From positions 5,853,656 to 5,877,655 of the forward strand of contig NZ_CP109392.1 of assembly GCF_045040445.1 (NCBI RefSeq): 24,000 nucleotides of DNA. Direction: 5' to 3'. Numbering within the stretch: position 1 is the stretch's first letter; each line of letters begins with the position of its first letter. Of the stretch, positions 15,221-23,649 are shown in pieces. The position numbers and the translations under genes are program-made. The notes beneath the pieces are model-generated. The model did no database searches. It was not told the DNA's origin and was given only the letters and a program-made list of their open reading frames with translations. The DNA comes from Streptomyces sp. NBC_01537. Lineage in GTDB: Bacteria; Actinomycetota; Actinomycetes; Streptomycetales; Streptomycetaceae.

Positions 15221-17944
15221 ATGCCCGTCAAGAAGAAGTCCCGCCGCACGCGCCTCATCGTCATCGGGTTCGTGATCCTGCTCGTGGCGGGCATCGGCTT
15301 CGGGTCGTGGTGGAGCGTCGACACCGTCCGCTCGTCCTTCCCGCAGACCACCGGCTCGCTCAAGCTCAAGGGCCTCACCAGCCCCGTCCAGGTCAAGCGC
15401 GACAGCAGCGGCGTCCCGCAGATCTACGCCGCCACCTCCGAGGACCTCTTCCGCGCCCAGGGCTTCGTCCAGGCGCAGGACCGCTTCTACGAGATGGACG
15501 TACGCCGCCACCTGACGTCCGGTCGCCTCTCCGAGATGTTCGGCAGCGGCCAGGTCGAGACCGACGCCTTCCTGCGCACGCTGGGCTGGCGCAAGATCGC
15601 GCAGCAGGAGTACGACACCCAGCTGTCGGCCAGTACGAAGAAATACCTGCAGGCCTACTCCGACGGAGTCAACGCCTACTTGGCCGACCACAGCGGCTCC
15701 TCGATCTCCGTCGAGTATGCCGCCCTGGGGTTCGTCAACGACTACAAGCCCGAGAAGTGGACCCCCGTCGACTCCGTCGCCTGGCTCAAGGCCATGGCCT
15801 GGGACCTGCGCGGCAACATGCAGGACGAGATCGACCGTTCGCTGCTCACCAGCCGGCTGAGCACCCAGCAGATCGACCAGCTGTACCCGCCCTACCCGTA
15901 CAGCCGGAACCAGCCGATCGTCGACGACAGCGCCATCACCACGCAGACCACGAGCGCCACGACCACGAGCACCGCGAGCACGGCAACCACCTCCGCCGCC
16001 ACCGCCGCGTCCAACGTCGAGTCCCAGCTCTCCTCGCTGTCCGACACCCTCGACGAGATCCCGGCCCTCCTCGGCCCCTCCGGCAACGGCATCGGCTCCA
16101 ACTCCTGGGTCATCAAGGGCAGGTACACGACCACCGGCAAGCCACTCCTGGCCAACGACCCGCACCTGGCTCCCCAGATGCCCTCGCTCTGGTACCAGAT
16201 GGGCCTGCACTGCACCACCGTCAGCAGCGCCTGCCCCTTCGACGTCAGCGGCTACACCTTCTCCGGCCTGCCCGGCGTCGTCATCGGCCACAACGCCGAC
16301 ATCGCCTGGGGCATGACCAACATGGGCGCCGACGTGACCGACCTCTACCTGGAGAAGGTCACCAGCGACACCTACCTCTACGACGGCAAGCAGAGGAAGT
16401 TCAGCTCTCACAAGGAGACGATCAAGGTCGCCGGCGGCGCCGACCGCACCATCACCGTACGCAGCACCAACAACGGCCCGGTGATCTCCGACCGCGACGA
16501 CGAGCTGCTCAAGGTCGGCGACGAGGCCCCCGTCACCTCCTCCGCACCCGACCGCGGCGACGGCTACGCGGTCTCGCTCAGGTGGACCGCGCTCACCGCC
16601 TCCAAGACCATGGACGCCGTCTTCGAGATCGACACGGCCACCGACTGGACCAGCTTCCGCGCCGCCGCCAAGGACTTCGCCGTCCCTTCCCAGAACCTCA
16701 TCTACGCGGACACCGCCGGCAACATCGGCTACCAGGCCCCCGGCCAGGTCCCCATCCGTGCCAACGGCGACGGCCGCTACCCCGCCCCCGGCTGGGACTC
16801 CAGCTACCGCTGGACGAAGTACATCCCGTACGACGAGATGCCCACCGAGTACAACCCGCCGCGCGGCTACATCGTCACCGCCAACCAGGCCGTCGTGAAC
16901 GCGAGCAAGTACCCGTACCTCATCACCGAGGACTGGGGGTACGGCACGCGCAGCCAGCGGATCACCAATCTCATCAAGTCCAAGATCAACGATGGCGGTC
17001 TCATCTCCATGGACGACATGCAGGAGATGCAGAACGACAGCAGCAGCGAGATCGCCAAGCTGCTCGTGCCCATCCTCACCAAGATCGACATCAAGAACGA
17101 CAAGGGCGACTACATCCGCGACGCCCAGAAGCTCCTGGAGACCTGGGACTACAACCAGGACTCCGACTCCGCCGCGGCCGCCTACTTCAACGCCGTCTGG
17201 CGCAACACCCTCAAGCTAGCCTTCGGCAACAAACTCCCCAAGGAGCTACGCCCCGAGGGCCAGTGCCTCACCGTCCCCGCCACCGACCAGTCCGGCCCCG
17301 TGGACGACCTCGACGGCAAGTCGAAGCTCGTACGCGAATGCGGCGAGCGAGCCGCCGACCAGGCCCAGCCGGACGGCGGTGACCGCTGGTTCGAGGTCGT
17401 CCGCGACATCCTCAACGACAAGACCAGCGACTGGTGGGTCACCTCCCCCACCGCCTTCTACGACAAGAACAGCGACAAGCCCCGCACCACCCGCGACCAG
17501 CTCCTCGCCGAGGCCATGAAGGACGCCCGCTACGAGCTCACCTCCAAGCTCGGCAAGGACATCGACTCCTGGAGCTGGGGCCGCCTCCACAAGCTCAACC
17601 TCAAGAACCAGACGCTCGGCACCTCCGGCCCCACCCTCGTCAGATGGCTCCTCAACCGCGGCCCCTGGAATGTCGGCGGCGGCGAGGCGGCCGTCAACGC
17701 CACCGGCTGGAACGCGGCCGGCGGCTACGACGTGGTCTGGGTGCCGTCCATGCGGATGGTCGTCTCCCTGGCCGACTTCGACAAGTCCCGCTGGATCAAC
17801 CTCACAGGTGCGTCCGGGCACGCCTACAACGCGCACTATTCCGACCAGACGACGAGATGGGCCAAGGGCGAGCTGCTGCCCTGGGCGTTTTCCGCGAAGG
17901 CGGTCACGGCGTCGACGTCCGACACGCTCGCGCTGACGCCATAG
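15221..17944 (+). CDS. penicillin acylase family (peptidase S45, Ntn-hydrolase) protein, membrane anchored
   Basis: ATG 15221 follows GAAGGA. KKKSRRTR plus a TM anchor form the N-terminus. Acylase alpha-subunit motifs (AQGFVQAQDRFYEMD) are present, then a Thr/Ser-rich spacer, then the nucleophile motif GSNSWVI...LLANDPHL. Confidence 0.85.
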   Translation: MPVKKKSRRTRLIVIGFVILLVAGIGFGSWWSVDTVRSSFPQTTGSLKLKGLTSPVQVKRDSSGVPQIYAATSEDLFRAQGFVQAQDRFYEMDVRRHLTSGRLSEMFGSGQVETDAFLRTLGWRKIAQQEYDTQLSASTKKYLQAYSDGVNAYLADHSGSSISVEYAALGFVNDYKPEKWTPVDSVAWLKAMAWDLRGNMQDEIDRSLLTSRLSTQQIDQLYPPYPYSRNQPIVDDSAITTQTTSATTTSTASTATTSAATAASNVESQLSSLSDTLDEIPALLGPSGNGIGSNSWVIKGRYTTTGKPLLANDPHLAPQMPSLWYQMGLHCTTVSSACPFDVSGYTFSGLPGVVIGHNADIAWGMTNMGADVTDLYLEKVTSDTYLYDGKQRKFSSHKETIKVAGGADRTITVRSTNNGPVISDRDDELLKVGDEAPVTSSAPDRGDGYAVSLRWTALTASKTMDAVFEIDTATDWTSFRAAAKDFAVPSQNLIYADTAGNIGYQAPGQVPIRANGDGRYPAPGWDSSYRWTKYIPYDEMPTEYNPPRGYIVTANQAVVNASKYPYLITEDWGYGTRSQRITNLIKSKINDGGLISMDDMQEMQNDSSSEIAKLLVPILTKIDIKNDKGDYIRDAQKLLETWDYNQDSDSAAAAYFNAVWRNTLKLAFGNKLPKELRPEGQCLTVPATDQSGPVDDLDGKSKLVRECGERAADQAQPDGGDRWFEVVRDILNDKTSDWWVTSPTAFYDKNSDKPRTTRDQLLAEAMKDARYELTSKLGKDIDSWSWGRLHKLNLKNQTLGTSGPTLVRWLLNRGPWNVGGGEAAVNATGWNAAGGYDVVWVPSMRMVVSLADFDKSRWINLTGASGHAYNAHYSDQTTRWAKGELLPWAFSAKAVTASTSDTLALTP

Positions 17945-17963
17945 GGGCGGGGCGGGGCGGGAA

Positions 17964-17999
17964 GGGGTGAGGGGCTTCCGGGACGGACCCCCTCACCCC
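17964..17999. terminator. bidirectional terminator hairpin between convergent genes
   Basis: Perfect 11-bp stem: GGGGTGAGGGG (17964-17974) pairs with CCCCTCACCCC (17989-17999). It lies between the acylase stop (17944) and the cyclo-ligase stop (18008). Confidence 0.6.
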
Positions 18000-18007
18000 T
18001 CGCCCCC

Positions 18008-18616
18008 TCACCCCCGCCCCGCCGCACGGGGGAAGCGCCGCACCCCCTCCGGTGTCACGACCGCGTCCACCGCCCGGTCGTGCGCCTCCGCCGGCACCGC
18101 GTCGACGACCTCGTTCGCGTACAGCAGTACGACCCGGGCAGCCGCCGCCCCCGCGCCCTCCAGCCGCCCGAGAACCCGGTCGTACGATCCCCCGCCGCGC
18201 CCGAGCCGCATCCCGCGCGCGTCCACGGCCAGCCCGGGCAGCAGCACCACGTCCGCCGAGGTCACCGCATCGACCCCCAGGCGTTCGCCACCCGGCTCGT
18301 AGAGCCCCCGCTCGGTCCGGGTCAGGTCCGAGGCCCCCGCGTACGCCCCCCAGTCCAGATCATTGTCGGACAAAAGGACCGGAAGCAGCACCCGCACCCC
18401 TCGCCCGTGCAGTGCGTCCAGCAGCGCCCGCGTCCCCGGCTCGCTCCCGAAGGACACATAGGCCGCCACCGTCCCGGCACCGGCCAGTTCCGCCATCTCC
18501 ATGGCGGAACGCGCGATGCCCTGCTCGGCCGCCTGCCGCTCATCGGCCGTCAACCTCCGCCTCACCCGGAGGAGATCTGCCCGCAATGTTGCCTTGCTAT
18601 CGTGGTTACCACTCAT
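18008..18616 (-). CDS. 5-formyltetrahydrofolate cyclo-ligase
   Basis: LRADLLRVRRRL...AAYVSFGSEPGT...VLLPVL...VLLPGLAVDARGMRLGRGGGSYDR matches the family pattern. The start is ATG 18616 or GTG 18625. Confidence 0.8.
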   Translation of the reverse strand: MSGNHDSKATLRADLLRVRRRLTADERQAAEQGIARSAMEMAELAGAGTVAAYVSFGSEPGTRALLDALHGRGVRVLLPVLLSDNDLDWGAYAGASDLTRTERGLYEPGGERLGVDAVTSADVVLLPGLAVDARGMRLGRGGGSYDRVLGRLEGAGAAAARVVLLYANEVVDAVPAEAHDRAVDAVVTPEGVRRFPRAAGRG

Positions 18617-18696
18617 TTGGCGCACAATCGCCGCCTATCGCCATTAATCAACGGGAACTTCATCTTCCCCTCATACGCAGGCGTTAAGGTCAGTGC

Positions 18697-19605
18697 ATGA
18701 CTCACGCGCGTACCCGGATCAGCAAGGCTGTCATCCCCGCCGCGGGCCTCGGCACCCGCTTCCTGCCCGCCACGAAGGCGACGCCGAAGGAAATGCTGCC
18801 GGTCGTCGACAAGCCGGCCATCCAGTACGTGGTGGAGGAGGCCGTGTCGGCCGGGCTCTCCGATGTGCTCATGATCACCGGCCGCAACAAGCGCCCGCTG
18901 GAAGACCACTTCGACCGCAATTACGAGCTGGAGCAGGCCCTCACCCGCAAGGGCGACGAGTCCCGCCTCGCCAAGGTCCAGGAGTCCAGCGACCTCGCGA
19001 CCATGCACTACGTACGCCAGGGCGACCCGCGCGGTCTCGGCCACGCCGTGCTCTGCGCGGAGCCGCATGTCGGGGACCAGCCCTTCGCGGTGCTGCTCGG
19101 CGACGACCTGATCGACCCCCGTGACCCGCTCCTCGCCCGCATGGTCGAGGTCCAGGAGGAGCACGGCGGCAGTGTGATCGCCCTCATGGAGGTCGACCCG
19201 AGCCAGATCCACCTCTACGGCTCCGCGGCCATAGTGCCCACCGCCGACCAGGATGTGGTGCGGATCACCGACCTGGTCGAGAAGCCGGCCGCCGGCGAGG
19301 CCCCGTCCTCGTACGCGGTGATCGGCCGCTACGTACTGGACCCGGCCATCTTCGGGGTGCTGAGCAAGACCCAGCCCGGCCGCGGCGGCGAGATCCAGCT
19401 GACCGACGGGCTGCGCGAACTGGCGCAGGAGGGCGGCCCGGACGGGCCGGTGCACGGGGTGGTGTTCAAGGGCCGCCGCTATGACACCGGTGACCGGGGC
19501 GACTACCTGCGTGCGATTGTCCGACTGGCATGCGAACGTGATGACCTGGGACCGGACTTCCGGACCTGGCTGCGCGCGTATGTCACCGAGGAGATGCAAG
19601 CTTGA
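18697..19605 (+). CDS. galU: UTP--glucose-1-phosphate uridylyltransferase
   Basis: KAVIPAAGLGTRFLPATKATPKEMLPVVDKPAIQYVVEEA is the GalU signature. AAGG lies 7 nt upstream of the ATG. Confidence 0.9.
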   Translation: MTHARTRISKAVIPAAGLGTRFLPATKATPKEMLPVVDKPAIQYVVEEAVSAGLSDVLMITGRNKRPLEDHFDRNYELEQALTRKGDESRLAKVQESSDLATMHYVRQGDPRGLGHAVLCAEPHVGDQPFAVLLGDDLIDPRDPLLARMVEVQEEHGGSVIALMEVDPSQIHLYGSAAIVPTADQDVVRITDLVEKPAAGEAPSSYAVIGRYVLDPAIFGVLSKTQPGRGGEIQLTDGLRELAQEGGPDGPVHGVVFKGRRYDTGDRGDYLRAIVRLACERDDLGPDFRTWLRAYVTEEMQA

Positions 19606-20882
19606 TCTGGTCAGTGTCCGAGCACCTCGACAACATCCTGCGGCAGCTGAGCCCGCTCGATCCGATCGAGTTGCAACTCCTCGACGCCCAGGGGTGTGTC
19701 CTTGTCGAGGATGTGACCGTCCCCACCGCGCTGCCGCCCTTCGAGAACAGCTCGATGGACGGCTACGCGGTCCGTACCACCGACACCGAGGGCGCCACCG
19801 ACGAGCACCCGGCCGTCCTCACCGTCATCGGTGACGTGGCGGCCGGCGCCGGCGAGCTCCCCACCGTCGGCCCCGGCGAGGCCGCCCGCATCATGACCGG
19901 CGCCCCGCTGCCGCCCGGCGCCGAGGCCGTCGTCCCGGTCGAATGGACCGACGGCGGCACCGGCGCCCCCGGCCCGGCCGACGCGATGCGCGCCGCCAGC
20001 ACCGCCCCGATCCTGGCCGGCGCCGAGGTCCGGGTCCACCGCCCGGTCGCCCCCGGCCAGTACGTACGCGCCCGGGGCAGCGATGTCGGCGCCGGCGAGC
20101 TGGCACTGGCGGCCGGCACGGTCCTCGGGGCGCCGCAGATCGCCCTGCTCGCCGCCATCGGCCGGGCCAATGTGAGGGTGCGGCCGCGCCCCCGCGTCGT
20201 CGTCATGTCCACCGGCAGCGAACTCGTCCCGCCCGGCGAGGAGCTGGCCCCGGGCACCATCCACGACTCCAACAGCTACATGCTCACCGCCGCCGCCCGC
20301 GACGCCGGGGCCATCGCCTACCGCGTCGGGGCCGTCGTCGACGAGGCCGAGACGCTGCGCGTCACCATCGCGGACCAGCTGATCCGCGCCGACCTCCTCG
20401 TCACCACCGGCGGCGTCAGCGTCGGCGCGTACGACGTCGTCAAGGAGGCCCTCGGCGACCAGATCGACTTCCGTACGCTCGCCATGCAGCCCGGCAAGCC
20501 CCAGGGCTTCGGCTTCGTAGGCGGCGGCGAGGACGAGGGCGCCCGCACCCCGCTGCTCGCCCTCCCCGGCAACCCGGTCAGCTCCTATGTCTCCTTCGAG
20601 CTCTTCGTACGCCCCGCCATCCGCACCCTCATGGGCATCGAGCCGGTCCACCGCCCAGCCGTGCGCGCCGTGTGCGTGGGCGGCGTCGCCTCGTCCCCCA
20701 AGGGCAAGCGGCAGTTCCTGCGCGGCCGCCACGACCCGGCCGCCTCCACCGTCACCCCTGTGGGCGGATCCGGATCGCACCTGGTCAAGGCCCTGGCCCA
20801 CGCGAACGCCCTGATCGTCGTCCCCGAGGACACCACCGAGGTCGCCGACGGCGCCGAGGTCGACGTGGTGCTGCTGGACTGA
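19602..20882 (+). CDS. moeA: molybdopterin molybdotransferase MoeA family (gephyrin-like protein Glp candidate)
   Basis: TTG 19602 overlaps the galU stop (TTGA). MoeA motifs are present: PPFENSSMDGYAV, ARIMTGAPLPPGAEAVVPVE, TTGGVSVG, MQPGKPQGFG. Confidence 0.85.
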   Translation: MIWSVSEHLDNILRQLSPLDPIELQLLDAQGCVLVEDVTVPTALPPFENSSMDGYAVRTTDTEGATDEHPAVLTVIGDVAAGAGELPTVGPGEAARIMTGAPLPPGAEAVVPVEWTDGGTGAPGPADAMRAASTAPILAGAEVRVHRPVAPGQYVRARGSDVGAGELALAAGTVLGAPQIALLAAIGRANVRVRPRPRVVVMSTGSELVPPGEELAPGTIHDSNSYMLTAAARDAGAIAYRVGAVVDEAETLRVTIADQLIRADLLVTTGGVSVGAYDVVKEALGDQIDFRTLAMQPGKPQGFGFVGGGEDEGARTPLLALPGNPVSSYVSFELFVRPAIRTLMGIEPVHRPAVRAVCVGGVASSPKGKRQFLRGRHDPAASTVTPVGGSGSHLVKALAHANALIVVPEDTTEVADGAEVDVVLLD

Positions 20883-20899
20883 GCCGGTACGGTGGCCCG

Positions 20900-21382
20900 G
20901 TGAACGAGCAGCAGTCACACCTCACGCACATCGACGAGGCCGGTGCCGCCCGCATGGTCGACGTCTCCGCCAAGGACGTCACCGCCCGCACCGCCCGCGC
21001 CACCGGCCGGGTCCTCGTCTCGCCGCGCGTCATCGACCTGCTGCGCGGCGAGGGGGTCCCCAAGGGCGACGCCCTCGCCACCGCCCGTATCGCCGGCATC
21101 ATGGGCGCCAAGCGCACGTCCGACCTGATCCCCCTCTGCCACCCGCTGGCCGTGTCGGGCGTGAAGCTGGACCTCTCCGTGGCCGACGACGCGGTCGAGA
21201 TCGCGGCGACCGTCAAAACGACCGACCGCACGGGCGTGGAGATGGAAGCCCTGACCGCCGTCACCGTCGCCGCCCTCACCGTCATCGACATGGTCAAGGC
21301 CGTCGACAAGGCCGCCGTCATCACCGACGTACGGGTCGAGGAGAAGACCGGCGGCAAATCCGGCGACTGGAGCCGCGCGTGA
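20900..21382 (+). CDS. moaC: cyclic pyranopterin monophosphate synthase MoaC
   Basis: An in-frame GTG at 20900 gives about 160 aa. LTHIDEAGAARMVDVSAK...IPLCHPL...VEMEALTAV..AALTVIDMVKA are MoaC motifs. Confidence 0.85.
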   Translation: MNEQQSHLTHIDEAGAARMVDVSAKDVTARTARATGRVLVSPRVIDLLRGEGVPKGDALATARIAGIMGAKRTSDLIPLCHPLAVSGVKLDLSVADDAVEIAATVKTTDRTGVEMEALTAVTVAALTVIDMVKAVDKAAVITDVRVEEKTGGKSGDWSRA

Positions 21383-21876
21383 GAGCGATGAAGGCCCTCG
21401 CGATCACCGCCTCCAACCGCGCGTCCGCCGGCGTCTACGAGGACCGTGGCGGCCCCCTGGTCGTGGCCGCCCTCGCGGAGCTGGGCTTCGCGGTGGACGG
21501 CCCGAAGGTGGTCCCCGACGGCGAACCGGTCGCGGAGACGCTGCGGCAAGCGGTATCGGACTCGTACGACCTCGTCATCACCACCGGAGGTACCGGCATC
21601 TCGCCCACCGACCGCACCCCCGAGGCCACCCGGGCCGTCCTGGACTACGAGATCCCCGGCATTCCCGAGGCGATCCGCGCGTACGGGCGCGACAAGGTCC
21701 CGACGGCGGCCCTCTCGCGTGGCGTCGCGGGGGTCGCCGGGCGCACGCTGGTGGTGAACCTTCCCGGATCCACCGGTGGCGTCAAGGACGGCCTGGCCGT
21801 CCTGGCCCCCATCCTCACCCACGCCGTCGACCAGATCCGGGGCGGCGACCACCCTATGTCTGGGAGACCAAGCTGA
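21379..21876 (+). CDS. MogA/MoaB family molybdenum cofactor biosynthesis protein
   Basis: GTG 21379 overlaps the moaC stop (GTGA); ATG 21388 is an alternative. DLVITTGGTGISPTDRTPEAT and NLPGSTGG are MoaB/MogA motifs. Confidence 0.85.
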   Translation: MRAMKALAITASNRASAGVYEDRGGPLVVAALAELGFAVDGPKVVPDGEPVAETLRQAVSDSYDLVITTGGTGISPTDRTPEATRAVLDYEIPGIPEAIRAYGRDKVPTAALSRGVAGVAGRTLVVNLPGSTGGVKDGLAVLAPILTHAVDQIRGGDHPMSGRPS

Positions 21877-22493
21877 ACGGGTCCTGGCCGGCCGAGCTGG
21901 CGGACGGCGACATCCTCCTCCGCCCCATAAAGCTGCGCGACCAGCGCGCCTGGCGCGAGGTCAACCGCCGCAACCGCGAATGGCTGCGCCCCTGGGAGGC
22001 CACCGTGCCCCCCGCCCCGCCGGGCCATCTCGCCCAGCGCCCCACCTACCGCCAGATGGTCCGCCACCTGCGCTCCGAGGCCCACGCAGGCCGCATGTTG
22101 CCGTTCGTCATCGAGTACCAGGGCCGCCTCGCCGGCCAGCTCACCGTCGCCGGCATCACCTGGGGCTCCATGTGCTCCGCCCACATCGGCTACTGGGTCG
22201 ACGAGGCCGTCGCCGGGCGCGGTGTCATGCCCACCGCCGTCGCTCTCGCCACCGACCACTGTTTCCGCCACGTCGGCCTGCACCGCATCGAGGTCTGCAT
22301 CCGCCCCGAGAACGGCCCCAGCCGCCGCGTCGTCGAGAAACTCGGATTCCGCGAAGAGGGCCTGCGCCCCCGCTATCTCCATATCGACGGTGGCTGGCGC
22401 GACCACCTGGTCTTCGCCCTCACGGCGGAGGAAGTGCCCGAGGGTCTCCTCACCCGCTGGCACCAGGCCAGACGCGACACCCCGCAGAAATGA
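21873..22493 (+). CDS. rimJ: GNAT N-acetyltransferase, RimJ/RimL-like
   Basis: The family-typical N-terminus (ILLRPIKLRDQRAWREVNRRNREWLRPWEAT) is open in frame upstream of the first ATG/GTG/TTG at 22005. The only plausible start is CTG 21873, which overlaps the mog stop as CTGA and has GGGAGA upstream. Confidence 0.7.
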   Translation: MNGSWPAELADGDILLRPIKLRDQRAWREVNRRNREWLRPWEATVPPAPPGHLAQRPTYRQMVRHLRSEAHAGRMLPFVIEYQGRLAGQLTVAGITWGSMCSAHIGYWVDEAVAGRGVMPTAVALATDHCFRHVGLHRIEVCIRPENGPSRRVVEKLGFREEGLRPRYLHIDGGWRDHLVFALTAEEVPEGLLTRWHQARRDTPQK

Positions 22494-22622
22494 AATGCGC
22501 GTTCGAATAACTATGCATCCCCGACCGCAATCACAAAAAAATTTCGGCGTATCAGCCAGATCGTGCGACACACCGCGCCAAATTGCGTATGGCCCAGCGC
22601 CTGTCCCCCTACCGTGTGAAGC

Positions 22623-23483
22623 GTGAACGGCAGCGGCCTCATCTACGCAGTCATCGTCGGGGCCTGGGCTGCCTACTTGGTGCCGATGTGGCTCCGTAGG
22701 CAGGACGAGCTCAACGAGGCCCGTCCGACGGAACGCTTCAGCACCGCCATCCGGCTCCTGTCCGGACGCGCGGCGCTGGAGCGGAAGTACGCCAAGGCGC
22801 GCGACGACGACGAAGACGACGAAGTACCGGCGGAACCCGAACCGGCAGCGGAAGCAGAACCGGTCGACGTCCGCGGCCTCGCCGTGCCCGCAACCGAGAT
22901 CAAACCCCAGGCGAAGCCCAAGCCAGCCCCCAAGCCCGCCCCCAAGTCGGCTCTCAAGCCGGCCAACCCCCGGGCGAAGGTCCTGGCCCGCCGCCGCCGC
23001 ACCACGATCCTGCTCTTCCTCGCCTTCACCGCCGGCACCATCGTCGCCGCCGTCGGCGGCCTCGCCCTGCTCTGGGCCCCCGCCGTCCCCGCGCTCCTCC
23101 TCACCCTCTACATCGCCCACCTCCGCGCCCAGGAGCGCCACCGCTACGAGGTCAAGCTCGACCAGCGCCGCGCCGCCGAAGCCGCCCAGCGCCTCCGCGA
23201 CCGCCCCGCCCGCACCCCGGAACCCGCCCCGGCACCCGCCCCCGTCCCGGAGCAGCCCGCCGCCGCCGACCGCCGCGCCCTCGTCGAGCAGACCGACCAC
23301 GCCGAATGGGTCGACCAGCAGCGCTCCCCCTCCGAGGACACCTGGGAAGTCCCCGCCCCCCGCCCCACCTTCGCCACCGCCCCCGTAACCCCCCGCCGCC
23401 CCCGCGACCGCTCCGCCCCCCGCGGCACCCCCCTCTTCGACCAGTACTCCGACCCCGACCGCCCCCGCGCCGCCAACGAGTGA
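22623..23483 (+). CDS. sepX: divisome membrane protein SepX/GlpR family
   Basis: N-terminal TM (LIYAVIVGAWAAYLVPMWLRR), an acidic/Pro-rich linker, a TM hairpin (TTILLFLAFTAGTIVAAVGGLALLWAPAVPALLLTLYIAHL), and a Pro/Arg-rich tail. Its position downstream of galU-moeA-rimJ matches the actinobacterial glp-glpR locus. Confidence 0.65.
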   Translation: MNGSGLIYAVIVGAWAAYLVPMWLRRQDELNEARPTERFSTAIRLLSGRAALERKYAKARDDDEDDEVPAEPEPAAEAEPVDVRGLAVPATEIKPQAKPKPAPKPAPKSALKPANPRAKVLARRRRTTILLFLAFTAGTIVAAVGGLALLWAPAVPALLLTLYIAHLRAQERHRYEVKLDQRRAAEAAQRLRDRPARTPEPAPAPAPVPEQPAAADRRALVEQTDHAEWVDQQRSPSEDTWEVPAPRPTFATAPVTPRRPRDRSAPRGTPLFDQYSDPDRPRAANE

Positions 23484-23526
23484 CCATGGCACCCTGCTCG
23501 GGATGCTAAAGTTTTCCTCGTTGCAA

Positions 23527-23600
23527 GGGCCTGTGGCGCAGTCCGGTAGCGCACCTCGTTCGCATCGAGGGGGTCAGGGGTTCGAATCCCCTCAGGTCCA
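23527..23600 (+). tRNA. tRNA-Ala (anticodon CGC)
   Basis: Folded by hand into a cloverleaf. The acceptor stem is GGGCCTG/CAGGTCC with a G3:U70 pair. The D stem is GCGC/GCGC. The anticodon stem is CCTCG/CGAGG with loop TTCGCAT. The T arm is AGGGG-TTCGAAT-CCCCT. CCA is not encoded. Confidence 0.9.
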
Positions 23601-23609
23601 CAACATCAG

Positions 23610-23642
23610 GATCCCGTCCGATCTGATTGATCGGGCGGGATC
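23610..23642 (+). terminator. hairpin immediately downstream of tRNA-Ala
   Basis: GATCCCGTCCGATC (23610-23623) pairs with GATCGGGCGGGATC (23629-23642) in a 14-bp stem with one G:U pair. The loop is TGATT. Confidence 0.6.
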
Positions 23643-23649
23643 TCGGCGT

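Noticed and set aside
21856-21876. The idea that the GNAT starts at ATG 21856 (MSGRPS) and is frameshifted, making it a pseudogene.
   Set aside because: That ATG is in the mog frame and those codons are simply the mog C-terminus. The CTGA overlap with an upstream GGGAGA explains the data without invoking a broken gene. It cannot be fully excluded without resequencing.
22567-22571. GACAC (the WhiA-type core motif) and an A7 tract (about 22544-22550) in the sepX upstream region. These could hint at WhiA/WhiB control, as reported for sepX.
   Set aside because: A 5-mer is far too short to be meaningful on its own, and GACAC also occurs elsewhere in the window (for example near 3085). It is only worth revisiting with ChIP-seq data.
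21645-23492. 615-aa minus-strand ORF antisense to the mog, GNAT and sepX genes.
   Set aside because: It is a Gly/Ala/Arg-rich shadow ORF, and the sense-strand genes have clear family motifs. The ORF at 15107-16411, antisense to the acylase, is rejected for the same reason.
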